38,409 nt of DNA from Brevundimonas sp. (GCA_020253595.1 JADCBH010000330.1:1-38409), one strand, 5' to 3'. Shown: positions 26,734 to 36,445, numbered from the stretch's first letter. A program made the numbers and translations. Notes: generated by a model not told the origin, from the letters alone.

Positions 26734-26749
26734 TGTTTCACGTGAAACA
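26734..26749. promoter_or_regulatory. parS site, intergenic, upstream of mnmG
   Basis: Perfect 16-bp palindrome TGTTTCACGTGAAACA. Confidence 0.95.
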
Positions 26750-26802
26750 GACGCTTCGGGGCCGTCGCTCGCCCACATCAGGCACGCCCGCCGGGCAGTC
26801 CG

Positions 26803-28101
26803 TCACTTGCCGATGCAGAAGGTGGCGAACACCTCACCCAGGACATCTTCGACGCCGATCTCACCCGTAACCCGCGAGAGCGCCTCGGCCGCCCGCCGAA
26901 GATCATCGCCCGCCAGTTCCGGGGCATCGTTCAACCGGGTTTGAGCAACCGCGACGGCATCGGCCGCCTCGGTCAACCGACGCCGATGTCGCTCCCGGGT
27001 CACGGCAGGGAAATCTGAACCTGACAGGTCGCGAGCTAGTCGGTCTGCCAGAGCGCCTCGCAGCACGTCGATCCCGTCCCCGGTGACCGAACTCACCCGG
27101 AAACCCTCTTCCGACAGTATCCCTCCGAGATCGGCCTTGGTCCAGACCGTCAGGTCGTCGGAGCGGACGTAGGCCGCAGCAGGGCCATCTGGGTCTCCCG
27201 GTGCCCGCACCCATAGTCTGAGATCCGAGGCCTCAGCCCGCGCACGGGCGCGTCGCACGCCCTCGGCCTCGACCGGATCATCGGACTCACGCAGACCCGC
27301 AGTGTCAGACAAGGTCACTGCATATCCGCCGATGACCAGGTCCGCGTCCAGAACATCACGGGTCGTTCCGGCGATCGGTGTGACGATGGCCGCCTCGCGC
27401 CGCACCAGTGCGTTGAAGAGGGCGGACTTCCCGGCGTTGGTCTCTCCGATCAGCACGATCCGGTAGCCCTCCCGGACCCGTTGCCCTCGGTCGGCATCGG
27501 CGAGGGCGGCGCGAAGATCGGTCAGAAGGCGATCAAGCACCGGGCCTGCGGTCCGGGCGAGGTGGTCAGGAACATCCTCGTCTGGGAAGTCGATTTCCGC
27601 CTCAACAAGGGCCAGGGCCGACAGCAGGTCCCGCCGGAAGCCCGCGTAGGTCTCGGACAGGGCGCCGTCGAGTTGCCCCAGCGCCTGGGCCGCCTGGGCT
27701 GCCGTTTCCGCATCCACGAGGTCGGCCACTGCCTCAGCCTGAGCCAGATCCATCCGACCATTCTGGAAGGCGCGCCGCGTGAACTCACCGGGATCGGCCG
27801 GGTGAACGCCCAGGTCGATCAAGGCCCGCGAAACCGCTTCGACGACCGCACGGCCCCCATGAAGATGCAGCTCGGCGGAGTCTTCGCCTGTGTAGCTGCG
27901 CGGCCCTGTGAAACGCAAAACGAGCGCCTGATCGAGAACAACTCCGTTGTGACGCAAGGACCGAAGGCTCGCTATGCGTGGCTTCACCACGCCTGCGCCC
28001 AGCCCAATCAGGATCGCAGCGGTCTTTGGCCCAGACAGCCGGATGATCGCCACCGCCCCGCGACCGGGCGGAGTGGCAAGGGCGAAGATAGTGGAGCCCA
28101 T
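26803..28101 (-). CDS. mnmE: tRNA modification GTPase MnmE (TrmE)
   Basis: Motifs TIFALAT, SYTGED, GEFTRRAF.NG, NAGKS, GTTRD, DTAG and C-terminal FCIGK. Confidence 0.96.
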   Translation of the reverse strand: MGSTIFALATPPGRGAVAIIRLSGPKTAAILIGLGAGVVKPRIASLRSLRHNGVVLDQALVLRFTGPRSYTGEDSAELHLHGGRAVVEAVSRALIDLGVHPADPGEFTRRAFQNGRMDLAQAEAVADLVDAETAAQAAQALGQLDGALSETYAGFRRDLLSALALVEAEIDFPDEDVPDHLARTAGPVLDRLLTDLRAALADADRGQRVREGYRIVLIGETNAGKSALFNALVRREAAIVTPIAGTTRDVLDADLVIGGYAVTLSDTAGLRESDDPVEAEGVRRARARAEASDLRLWVRAPGDPDGPAAAYVRSDDLTVWTKADLGGILSEEGFRVSSVTGDGIDVLRGALADRLARDLSGSDFPAVTRERHRRRLTEAADAVAVAQTRLNDAPELAGDDLRRAAEALSRVTGEIGVEDVLGEVFATFCIGK

Positions 28102-28152
28102 CGCTGATGACGCTTCAGTTGGCAGAGCCGCTAGAAAGGAGGCGGACCTGCC

Positions 28153-28380
28153 TCACGATTTCACCGCCGCCTGCATCATTTGGCGGAACTGGTCCTGGGC
28201 CTGAAGACCGAAGGCCGTCCAGGACCTCATCAGTTCCTCCGGCTGCATCGCCGTGATGTTGGCCTCCATTCGGGCCTGCATCTCGGCGACAAGACGCTCG
28301 TTCAGCGGGGTGACATCCGGAAGGCCCAGAAAGGCGCGAGCCTCTTCCGGTGTGCATTCGGCCTCGACCTTGAATTTCAT
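28153..28380 (-). CDS. DUF6489-like small protein
   Basis: MKFKVEAECTPEEARAFLGLPDV.P signature; GGAG RBS. Start is 28380 or 28383. Confidence 0.8.
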   Translation of the reverse strand: MKFKVEAECTPEEARAFLGLPDVTPLNERLVAEMQARMEANITAMQPEELMRSWTAFGLQAQDQFRQMMQAAVKS

Positions 28381-28443
28381 CATGGCGCTCCAACCTCTCA
28401 GATCGATCTCATAGGCCGATCCGGCCACCGAAAGGAACCCGCG

Positions 28444-29430
28444 ATGCCCGATGCCACCATGCGCGCCGTCCGCCTTGACCGCGCGGGAGGGCCCGAGGTT
28501 CTGGAACTCACCGATGTGCGGATCCCGGAGCCGGGCCCTGGCGAGGTTCGCATCCGTCACCAGGCGATAGGGCTGAACTTCATCGACATCTATCAGCGAG
28601 ACGGTCTCTACCCCCTGTCCTATCCGACTGGACTCGGGCTTGAGGCGGCCGGGGTGGTCGAGGCCGCGGGTGTTGATGTCACACGCTTTGCCGTCGGCGA
28701 TCGGATCGCCTACGCCAACGGGCCGCCGGGCGCCTACGCAGAGAGACACGTCGTCCATCAGGACCGGGCCGTCCAACTGCCGGAGGACATCGGCTTCGAA
28801 ACGGCTGCGGCGGCGATGCTGAAAGGCATGACCGCGGAATACCTGGTCCAACGCGTGTTTCACGTGAAACAGGGTGACGCCATTCTGGTCCATGCAGCCG
28901 CAGGAGGAGTCGGATTGATCCTCTGCCAATGGGCGCATAGCCTCGGCGCGACCGTGATCGGCACCGTAGGATCCGAGACCAAGGCCGAACTGGCCAGGGC
29001 ACACGGCTGCGACCACGTCATCCTGTATGGTCACGAGGATGTCGCCGCCCGGGTCAGGGAGATCACATCCGGCCAGGGCGTGGATGTCGTCTACGACTCT
29101 GTGGGAGCCGCAACGCTGGATGCCTCACTCAACAGCCTGCGCCGTCGCGGACTGTTCGTGACCTACGGGAACGCCTCGGGGCCGGTGCCTCCCCTTGAGC
29201 CGCTCAGACTGTCCCGGAGCGGGTCTCTGTTCATGACCCGGCCGACCCTGTTCGACTATGTCGCCACGGTGGAGGAGCTCGACGCATCCGCAGCGGCCCT
29301 GTTCGAGGTCATCCGTTCCGGCGCAGTCAGGATCGAGATCGGACAGACGTTTCCTCTCGATCAGGTCCGCCAGGCGCACGAGGCGCTCGCCGGGCGCCGG
29401 ACAGTCGGATCGACGCTTCTGATCCCCTGA
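28444..29430 (+). CDS. qor: NADPH:quinone oxidoreductase (zeta-crystallin/MDR family)
   Basis: Motifs GGPEVL, GLNFID.Y.R.GLYP, HAAAGGVG, YDSVG and GNASG. AAAGGA RBS. Confidence 0.93.
   Translation: MPDATMRAVRLDRAGGPEVLELTDVRIPEPGPGEVRIRHQAIGLNFIDIYQRDGLYPLSYPTGLGLEAAGVVEAAGVDVTRFAVGDRIAYANGPPGAYAERHVVHQDRAVQLPEDIGFETAAAAMLKGMTAEYLVQRVFHVKQGDAILVHAAAGGVGLILCQWAHSLGATVIGTVGSETKAELARAHGCDHVILYGHEDVAARVREITSGQGVDVVYDSVGAATLDASLNSLRRRGLFVTYGNASGPVPPLEPLRLSRSGSLFMTRPTLFDYVATVEELDASAAALFEVIRSGAVRIEIGQTFPLDQVRQAHEALAGRRTVGSTLLIP
28856..28871. promoter_or_regulatory. parS site inside qor
   Basis: Perfect TGTTTCACGTGAAACA, read as V-F-H-V-K-Q in frame. Confidence 0.92.
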
Positions 29431-29442
29431 CCCGATGCAGGA

Positions 29443-30858
29443 TCAGGTGTTCATCGACTGGAAGAAGTCCGCGTTGTTCTTGGACTGACGCAGCTTGTCG
29501 AGCAGGAACTCGATAGCGTCCTGGGGACCCATGGGGTTCAGGATGCGGCGCAGCACATAGGTCTTGGTCAGCTGATCCTTCGGCGTGATCAGGTCTTCCT
29601 TGCGGGTGCCCGACTTCAGCACGTCGATGGCCGGGAAGATCCGCTTGTCGGCCACCTTGCGGTCCAGGACGATTTCCGAGTTACCGGTGCCCTTGAACTC
29701 TTCAAAGATCACCTCATCCATCCGGCTGCCGGTGTCGATCAGCGCCGTGGCAATGATGGTCAGCGAGCCGCCCTGTTCCACGTTCCGCGCCGCGCCAAAG
29801 AAGCGCTTGGGCCGCTGGAGCGCATTGGCGTCGACGCCGCCAGTCAGGACCTTGCCAGACGACGGGACCGTGGCGTTGTAGGCACGGCCCAGGCGGGTGA
29901 TGGAGTCCAGCAGGATCACAACGTCCTTCTTGTGCTCGACCAGACGCTTGGCCTTCTCGATCACCATCTCGGCGACGGCCACGTGGCGGGTCGCCGGCTC
30001 GTCGAAGGTCGAGGCGACAACCTCACCCTTCACCGTGCGCTGCATGTCGGTGACTTCCTCGGGCCGCTCGTCGATCAAGAGGACGATCAGGAACACCTCA
30101 GGGTGGTTGGCCTCGATCGACTTGGCGATATTCTGCAGCATCACCGTCTTGCCAACGCGCGGCGGGGCGACGATCAGGCAGCGCTGGCCTTTGCCCAGAG
30201 GGGCGACGATGTCGATGACCCGGCCCGAGCGGTCCTTAAGGGTCGGGTCCTGGATCTCCATGTGCAGCCGCTCTTCCGGATAGAGCGGCGTCAGGTTGTC
30301 GAACAGGACCTTGGTCTTGACCGTCTCTGGGTCTTCCAGATTGATCGTGTCGACCTTCAGAAGGGCAAAGTAGCGCTCGCCCTCACGCGGGGCCCGCACT
30401 GCACCGTGGATCGTATCGCCCGAGCGCAGACCGAAGCGGCGGATCTGGGACGGCGACACGTAGATATCATCCGGTCCCGGAAGATAATTAGCGTCCGGGC
30501 TGCGCAGGAAGCCGAAGCCGTCAGGCAGGATTTCGAGCACACCATCGGCGATGATCTCGACCTCTTCCTCAGCCAGCGCCTTGAGGATGGCGAACAGCAG
30601 ATCCTGCTTGCGCAGGTTCGAGGCGTTCTCGACCTCAAGCTGTTCGGCGAAGGCAACGAGGTCAGCAGGAGTCTTTTCGTTCAGTTCGGCCAAGGTGATA
30701 CGGCCGGACGGCACCACGGGGTCGCCCTCTTCCTCAGCATCGTCGCCGAGATCGGCTGCAGCCTCCGCATCGTTCATGCCGTCAGCTTCGCCTGTCTCAA
30801 TCAGGGCGGCCTCTTCCGTCTCGGGAAGGTTGGCATCGGAATCGTGGGTATCAGACAT
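29443..30858 (-). CDS. rho: transcription termination factor Rho
   Basis: Motifs [31 protein letters not shown] and SGTRKEDL; acidic N-terminal extension. Start uncertain (30858 or 30888). Confidence 0.97.
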   Translation of the reverse strand: MSDTHDSDANLPETEEAALIETGEADGMNDAEAAADLGDDAEEEGDPVVPSGRITLAELNEKTPADLVAFAEQLEVENASNLRKQDLLFAILKALAEEEVEIIADGVLEILPDGFGFLRSPDANYLPGPDDIYVSPSQIRRFGLRSGDTIHGAVRAPREGERYFALLKVDTINLEDPETVKTKVLFDNLTPLYPEERLHMEIQDPTLKDRSGRVIDIVAPLGKGQRCLIVAPPRVGKTVMLQNIAKSIEANHPEVFLIVLLIDERPEEVTDMQRTVKGEVVASTFDEPATRHVAVAEMVIEKAKRLVEHKKDVVILLDSITRLGRAYNATVPSSGKVLTGGVDANALQRPKRFFGAARNVEQGGSLTIIATALIDTGSRMDEVIFEEFKGTGNSEIVLDRKVADKRIFPAIDVLKSGTRKEDLITPKDQLTKTYVLRRILNPMGPQDAIEFLLDKLRQSKNNADFFQSMNT

Positions 30859-31072
30859 GAGAAGGCTCGATTGCGCACCGCCAGACATCCGCCGCGGAAG
30901 CGACAGATCGGGCGAGGCTGAAGATGTTGGCCTTGCGGCCGGAGGGAGGGCGACGGGTCCGAAGGCGGCGAGAGGCCAGCGATCAGTCGACGCGAGGAGA
31001 AGGGCAGCGCACCGGAGTACGCCTCACGGTCAGCGGAACCACGAACCGTGGGTTCGGGTCAAGCGTCGCCGA

Positions 31073-31525
31073 CTAGAAGGTCCATTCCAGAGTGACAGAC
31101 AGGACCATCAGGACAGCGAGGACGAAGGGCACCTCATTGGTCATCCTCCAGAACTTTGAGGTTCGGGTCGAGGTCCCTGCAAGGATGCGCTTGCGTTCTG
31201 CCACAAGGAAGCCGTGCCAGCCCAGGAGCAGGAACACCCCGGCCAGCTTCAGCCAGATCCAGGGTTGGGTCAGGATGACAGTGCCGCGCAGATGGATGAG
31301 CCACAAGCCCATGACAAGGGCCACGATCATGGCGGGTTTCAGAATGATCTTCAGCAGCCGGGCCTGCCACGCCCGCAGCTGGTCGCGCATGCCAGCGCGC
31401 ACCGCATCAGGCTTGTCGGCCTGTTCGGCGTCATAGGCGTAGAGCCGGGGCAAGAACAAAAGCCCGGCCATCCATGCGATCACCGCGAGGATGTGAAGCC
31501 CGCGCGCGAGATCGTACAGATTCAT
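31073..31525 (-). CDS. hemJ: protoporphyrinogen oxidase HemJ (CopD-like membrane protein)
   Basis: LHI.AVIAWMAGL..LPRLY.Y, W...KL..V..L...H and RM.NEVP. ATG overlaps the hemH stop. Confidence 0.88.
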   Translation of the reverse strand: MNLYDLARGLHILAVIAWMAGLLFLPRLYAYDAEQADKPDAVRAGMRDQLRAWQARLLKIILKPAMIVALVMGLWLIHLRGTVILTQPWIWLKLAGVFLLLGWHGFLVAERKRILAGTSTRTSKFWRMTNEVPFVLAVLMVLSVTLEWTF

Positions 31526-32631
31526 GCCGCGCGCCTTTCCGCCTGGCAAGGGCAGGCCTTCCACCGGCCCTGACAGCCGGGTCCAGCGGGTGCCGTTCCG
31601 GTCCGATCAAGGCTCTCGGACACGGCTGTCGCCAGACCGCCGATGAACGGGGCCATCACACTGACCGTTGGCACCCGCATATAGGGATGGACGCCGGCCT
31701 CATGGGCGAGCTCGCCGTACTCGATATCGAGCTCCACCAGCGTCTCTATGTGCTCTGACACGAAGGCGATGGGGGTGATAACGACCCCGACGCCGTCACG
31801 TCCGGCCTGGACAATCACATCTGGTGTCGCGGGCCCCAGCCATTTCAAGGGACCCACCCGGCTCTGGTAGCAGAGCACCCAATCTGTGAGTTCAGCATGC
31901 GCGGCAACGGCTGCGACCGTTGCCTCCACCTGCTCCTGGTAAGGATCGCCCTTCCCGCTAACCAGCTTTTCCGGAATGCCGTGGGCCGAGAACAGAACCC
32001 GCAACGGCTTTCCCGGATGTGCCGCCTGCGCCTCGATCATCTTGGCACGCACGGCCTCAGCCTGGGCTTCGATCCAGCCGTCCATCCTTGGATAGCAGCA
32101 GATGGTTCTCACTCGGCCTGAACCCGCATAGGCCTCACGCCAGGCTTTGAGCGACGATGCCGTCGTGGTGGTGGAAAACTGCGGATACAGCGGCAACAGA
32201 ACCACCTCGTCCGGGCCCCAGACCGCGACATCGGCCGCAGCCTCTTCGGTCAGCGGGTGCCAGTAACGCATGGCCATAAAGCTCTGGATCTCATCCCCGG
32301 GCAACAAACGAGACAGGGCCGCGTCCAGGGCGGCCATCTGCTTGCGGGTCTCTGCCTTCAAGGGCGAGCCCCCGTTCGCATCCATCTGGGCATAGTTGGC
32401 CTGGGCACTGGCTTCGCGCCGCGAGGAGATCAACCGGGCAAGCGGAGTGCGGACGAACCCCGGCAGGCCAATGATCGCTGGATCGTTGAACAGGTTGAAC
32501 AGAAAGGGCTGAACGGTCTCGGCATCGTCCGGGCCACCGAGATTGAAGAGGACCACAGCGATCCGTCGGCCGGATATCTTCCCGGTCGATGTGGGCGTCG
32601 TTCTGGACGTTGGCGCCGAAGTCGACGTCAC
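31522..32631 (-). CDS. hemH: ferrochelatase (probably [2Fe-2S]-binding type)
   Basis: Motifs NLGGPD, MRYWHP, PLYPQFS, FSAHG, YQSRVGP..WL.P and FVSEHIETL.ELD; C-terminal C-X6-C-X-C. GTG overlaps the hemE stop. Confidence 0.95.
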   Translation of the reverse strand: MTSTSAPTSRTTPTSTGKISGRRIAVVLFNLGGPDDAETVQPFLFNLFNDPAIIGLPGFVRTPLARLISSRREASAQANYAQMDANGGSPLKAETRKQMAALDAALSRLLPGDEIQSFMAMRYWHPLTEEAAADVAVWGPDEVVLLPLYPQFSTTTTASSLKAWREAYAGSGRVRTICCYPRMDGWIEAQAEAVRAKMIEAQAAHPGKPLRVLFSAHGIPEKLVSGKGDPYQEQVEATVAAVAAHAELTDWVLCYQSRVGPLKWLGPATPDVIVQAGRDGVGVVITPIAFVSEHIETLVELDIEYGELAHEAGVHPYMRVPTVSVMAPFIGGLATAVSESLDRTGTAPAGPGCQGRWKACPCQAERRAA

Positions 32632-33665
32632 TGGGCTCCGATCCGCTTCAGCACCTGCTCGACATGAGCGATCGGCACATCCGGCAGGATGCCGTGGCCG
32701 AGGTTGAAGACCCATGGCCCGAAGCCCCAGGCTTCCACAAGCTCATCCACCCTGCGGTCCAGCGCCGCACCGCCCACCCGAAGCAGCAAGGGATCGAGCG
32801 CGCCCTGGATCGGCTTGATCTTCTGGACCTCCCGACCCTTCGCCAGGCTGCAAGCGGTGTCTAGCGCCACGCCCTGGACGTCGACCTCGCGGGCATAGCG
32901 ATCGGCGTGAAGCGCCGAACCACGCGGGAAGCCGATCAAGGGAACAGTGACGCCCAACTCCCGCAGCCGGGCAACAAGGGCCTGATGAGGCTTGAGCACC
33001 AGCCGTTCGAAAAGATCGTCAGGCAGACCCTCCGCCCAGCTCTCGAAGATCTTCAGGCAGTCAGCACCCGCATCAGCCTGCATCTTCAGATAATGAGCCG
33101 TGGACTCCACGAGCACCGCCAGGACCGCATCGACCTTCTCTGGTTCGGCATAGGCATAGGACCGTGCAGTCGCGCGCTCCCCCTTGCCGATCGTGTCATG
33201 ACCCCCGTCCAGCATGTAGGTGGCCACGGTCCAGGGCGCGCCGGCGAATCCAATGAGGGCCCGGTGCGGTTCCAGCTCCGCGCGCACACGGCTCAGGCTC
33301 TCGCCAACCTCGGAGAGGGCTCGGCCAGCACCTTCCGCCAGGCCCTGCATGTGCTCAACGGATGGAAGTTCGCCCAGACGCGGACCTTCGCCCGTTTCGA
33401 ACCAGACCTTCTGCCCCAGCGCCTGCGGAATAAGCAGGATGTCCGCAAAGACGATGGCCGCGTCGAAACCGAACCGTCGCATGGGCTGAAGCGTCGCCTC
33501 CGCCGCCATTTCCGGGTTCAGACAGAAGGCGATGAAGTTCGGTGCCTTGGCCCGAAGCTCGCGATACTCGGGCAGGTAGCGTCCTGCCTGACGCATGAAC
33601 CAGACGGGAGGCCGCTCAAGGGTTTCGCCCCGAAGGACACGGATCAGCGAAGGCGTTGTGCTCAT
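32628..33665 (-). CDS. hemE: uroporphyrinogen decarboxylase
   Basis: Motifs PVWFMRQAGRYLPEY, FADIL, GFAGAPWT.A.Y and FNLGHGI. Confidence 0.97.
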   Translation of the reverse strand: MSTTPSLIRVLRGETLERPPVWFMRQAGRYLPEYRELRAKAPNFIAFCLNPEMAAEATLQPMRRFGFDAAIVFADILLIPQALGQKVWFETGEGPRLGELPSVEHMQGLAEGAGRALSEVGESLSRVRAELEPHRALIGFAGAPWTVATYMLDGGHDTIGKGERATARSYAYAEPEKVDAVLAVLVESTAHYLKMQADAGADCLKIFESWAEGLPDDLFERLVLKPHQALVARLRELGVTVPLIGFPRGSALHADRYAREVDVQGVALDTACSLAKGREVQKIKPIQGALDPLLLRVGGAALDRRVDELVEAWGFGPWVFNLGHGILPDVPIAHVEQVLKRIGAQ

Positions 33666-33671
33666 TCCCCG

Positions 33672-33700
33672 GCTTTACGGGGGGAACGACGTCCTCTCAA
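33672..33700 (-). promoter_or_regulatory. hemE promoter, probably leaderless
   Basis: TTGAGA-N17-TAAAGC-N6-ATG. Confidence 0.6.
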
Positions 33701-33876
33701 GCCCAGGGCTGTCCTCCTTCACCTGATCAAGATTTGAAAAGGAATGGAGGAAGCCAGCAGGAGGCGGGACACCGGGGATGAATCGGCCTGAATATCCGCC
33801 TTGGCAGGGATTGTCCGACGCTGATCCGGGACAAGACAACAATCATGTGACGGCCTGTCGAAAACGGGGACAAATC

Positions 33877-33891
33877 TTAACAAGTCGTTAA
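33877..33891. promoter_or_regulatory. CtrA binding site (perfect)
   Basis: TTAA-CAAGTCG-TTAA matches TTAA-N7-TTAA. Confidence 0.85.
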
Positions 33892-33939
33892 CGGACGGGC
33901 CTACGCTGGACGACCAGGCTGGTCCAATTCTGGGCGCCA

Positions 33940-33954
33940 TTTACCAATCGTTAA
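33940..33954. promoter_or_regulatory. CtrA binding site (one mismatch)
   Basis: TTTA-CCAATCG-TTAA. Confidence 0.65.
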
Positions 33955-34167
33955 GGATTTCCCCAACCGAAGCGCGCCAGTGATGATCCCTTGGGATGAT
34001 CCGGCCCCGGAGCGATCACATTGTCCGAAGCTCTCCCGGCTCGCCTCCGTATCGCCCCGCCGCTATAGACACCTGTGCATCGGCCCCGTCGGTCGGCGCC
34101 CCGGCCCGTCCACAGGATTTGTCGCCATTCGCACCGCTGTTCTGACCGCTGTCCACGGGCGTCCTGC

Positions 34168-35037
34168 ATGAGCCCGGCCCGCCCCGCCGGCGCTTCGCGC
34201 CTTGCGACCTACTTCCATGTGCACCTGGTATCCGACTCGACCGGCGAAACGTTGAACGCCATGGCCAAGGCGGTGACGGCCCGGTTCGACGGCGTCATCC
34301 CTATCGAACATATCTATGCGCTGGTCCGTTCGGACAAGCAGATGGAGCGCGTGCTGGCCGAGGTCGCCTCCGCGCCTGGCGTTGTTCTTCACACGATCGT
34401 CGATCGTGACCTGCGGGCCCAGCTTGAAGAAGGCTGCCGCGCCCTCGACATGCCCCAGATCGGGGCTCTCGATCCTTTGGTGGGGGCGCTTTCGCGCTAT
34501 CTCGGCGCGTCGCTGTCGACGCGCGTTGGTGCGCAGCACGCCCTCGACCACGACTATTTCAACCGCATCGGGGCTCTCGATTTCGCCATGGCGCATGACG
34601 ACGGTCAGGGAACAGCCGAGCAACTCGAGGGGGCCGACGTGGTCCTTGTCGGAGTCAGCCGCACGTCCAAGACCCCCACGTGCATCTATCTGGCCCACCG
34701 CGGTGTCCGGGCGGCCAATGTGCCGCTGGTGCCAGGTCAGGAGGACGGCGAGCGGTTGGTCGGGTTGAAGAACCCGCTGGTCGTCGGTCTCACAGTTTCG
34801 CCCGACAGGCTGGTGCAGATCCGTAGAAACCGTCTGGATGGCCTCAACGCCAATCACGCCTCGGCCTATGTGGAACCTGACGCCGTGCGGGACGAAACAA
34901 TCAAGGCACGGCGTGCTTTTGAACGCCGTGGTTGGCCCACGATCGACGTGACCCGCCGGTCGGTCGAGGAAACCGCCGCCGCTGTGTTGAACCTCCTCAA
35001 CGAACGCCGCAGCAAGAAAATCGGGGCGTCGTGGTGA
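34168..35037 (+). CDS. ppsR: pyruvate, water dikinase regulatory kinase/pyrophosphorylase (DUF299)
   Basis: Motifs HLVSDSTGET, YFNRI.A.DF...HDDG, GVSRTSKTPT and DVTRRSVEETAA. Confidence 0.93.
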   Translation: MSPARPAGASRLATYFHVHLVSDSTGETLNAMAKAVTARFDGVIPIEHIYALVRSDKQMERVLAEVASAPGVVLHTIVDRDLRAQLEEGCRALDMPQIGALDPLVGALSRYLGASLSTRVGAQHALDHDYFNRIGALDFAMAHDDGQGTAEQLEGADVVLVGVSRTSKTPTCIYLAHRGVRAANVPLVPGQEDGERLVGLKNPLVVGLTVSPDRLVQIRRNRLDGLNANHASAYVEPDAVRDETIKARRAFERRGWPTIDVTRRSVEETAAAVLNLLNERRSKKIGASW

Positions 35038-35624
35038 GCGAACTGATCCTGGCCTCACGAAGCGCGGCACGGCGGGCCATGCTCACCGGCGCGGGTGTGC
35101 GGTTCAATGTTGTGGACGCCGGTGTCGATGAGCCCGCCATCAAGGCTGCTTTCGGCTATGATGACCCTGCGGCTCTGGCGGTGGAACTGGCCAAGGCGAA
35201 GGCTCTGGCGGTGTCCCGGCAAGAGCCCGGCGCCTGGGTCCTCGGCTCGGACCAGACCCTGGCCTTCGAGGGCGCACTTGTGTCCAAGGCTCCAACCCTT
35301 GCCGCCGCGCGGGACCGCTTGCGGACAATGCGTGGCCGCATCCACCACCTGCACTCCGGGGCGGCGCTGGCTCGAGACGGAGCCGTCGCCTGGTCGGGCG
35401 TAGACACCGCGCAGATGGCGATGAGGGATTTCTCCGACGCCTTTCTGGACGCCTATCTGGATGCTGAGGGCGAACCGGTTCTGGCCGCCGTCGGAGCCTA
35501 TCGGCTGGAAGGCATGGGCAGTCAGTTGTTCGACCGCGTCGATGGAGACTACTTCACAGTCCTCGGCATGCCGCTGTGGGCTGTGCTGACAGAGCTGCGC
35601 CGCGCCGGAGTGATCGCGGCATGA
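35034..35624 (+). CDS. maf: Maf-family nucleoside triphosphate pyrophosphatase
   Basis: Motifs LILASRS..R, KALAVS, GSDQ and GAYRLEG.G. GTGA overlap with the upstream stop. Confidence 0.92.
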   Translation: MSELILASRSAARRAMLTGAGVRFNVVDAGVDEPAIKAAFGYDDPAALAVELAKAKALAVSRQEPGAWVLGSDQTLAFEGALVSKAPTLAAARDRLRTMRGRIHHLHSGAALARDGAVAWSGVDTAQMAMRDFSDAFLDAYLDAEGEPVLAAVGAYRLEGMGSQLFDRVDGDYFTVLGMPLWAVLTELRRAGVIAA

Positions 35625-36445
35625 CCCGCATCACGGGTGCAATGAAACTGGCAGGGATCGTCGGCAATCCCGTGACCCATTCCTTGAGCCCCGTCATTCA
35701 CAACACCTGGATCGAGGCTCTGGGTCTGGACGCGGTCTATGCCGCCTTCTCGCCAGCAGACTCGGCAGGGTTTGATACCCTGGTTGCCGCCGGCCGGGCA
35801 GGACTTCTGGCAGGGGTGAACGTCACGGCACCGTTCAAGGAACAGGCTTACGCCCTCGCCGATGAGGCGTCCGACACCGCGCGAGCGAGCGCTTCGGCGA
35901 ACATTCTGAGATTCCGCGATGGCCGGGTGTCGGCCGACAGCGCGGATGGAGAGGGCCTTCTTTGGGCGCTGAAGGATCAGGCACCAGACCTCGATCTGGC
36001 GGATGCATCTGTGGTGATGTTGGGTGCCGGGGGCGCTGCGCGGGCCGCAGTGGCTGCGTTGGCAAGCGCTGGGGCGCGCGTACGGATCGTCAACCGCACG
36101 CGGGAACGGGCTGAAGCTCTGGCGGCGGACATCGGTCTCGGTGTCATAGCTACCGACATGGCAGGGGCCTTCAAGGACGCTCGACTGATCGTTAACGCCT
36201 TGAGTGTCCGCCCGGACATCGACCCCACCATATTCGAACCGGAAACGGTCGTCCTGGACATGACCTATCGGCCGATCGAGACACCGTTCCTGAAGGCAGC
36301 CAAGACGGTTGGCCTGACGACAGTGGATGGACTGGGTATGCTGATCGGGCAGGCGAGACCGTCGTTTCGTGCCCTGTTCGACACCGAGCCACCGCCTCTG
36401 GACCCCCGACCGATCCTTTTGGCTCATCTGGGAGAAGCGGGGTGA
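35621..36445 (+). CDS. aroE: shikimate dehydrogenase
   Basis: Motifs [33 protein letters not shown] and [10 protein letters not shown]. Confidence 0.93.
   Translation: MTRITGAMKLAGIVGNPVTHSLSPVIHNTWIEALGLDAVYAAFSPADSAGFDTLVAAGRAGLLAGVNVTAPFKEQAYALADEASDTARASASANILRFRDGRVSADSADGEGLLWALKDQAPDLDLADASVVMLGAGGAARAAVAALASAGARVRIVNRTRERAEALAADIGLGVIATDMAGAFKDARLIVNALSVRPDIDPTIFEPETVVLDMTYRPIETPFLKAAKTVGLTTVDGLGMLIGQARPSFRALFDTEPPPLDPRPILLAHLGEAG

Larger units (their letters stand above)
33666..34167. other. chromosomal replication origin (Cori-type oriC)
   Basis: Lies between divergent hemE and the DUF299 gene, the known origin position in Caulobacter and relatives. Contains CtrA sites and DnaA-box-like 9-mers (minus TCATCCCCG 33773-33781, minus TTGTCCCCG 33865-33873, ATTTCCCCA 33957-33965, minus CGATGCACA 34074-34082, CCGTCCACA 34106-34114, CTGTCCACG 34149-34157). 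GANTC at 33780. Flanking genes point away from it, and parS sites are nearby. Confidence 0.85.

Noticed and set aside
27415-27450. Variant MnmE P-loop (GETNAGKSA) as a sign of inactivation
   Set aside because: GxxxxGKS, GTTRD, DTAG and FCIGK are all intact and the ORF is full length.
24841-29790. parS-like half sites at about 24841 (CGTTTCACATG), 25233 (CGTGAAACG) and 29774 (TGTTCCACGT)
   Set aside because: Only one arm matches; too degenerate to call without ChIP data.
33719-34171. Short ORFs inside the origin region (33719-33940, 33951-34169, 33980-34171)
   Set aside because: No convincing start context or protein-like features; the region is better explained as oriC.
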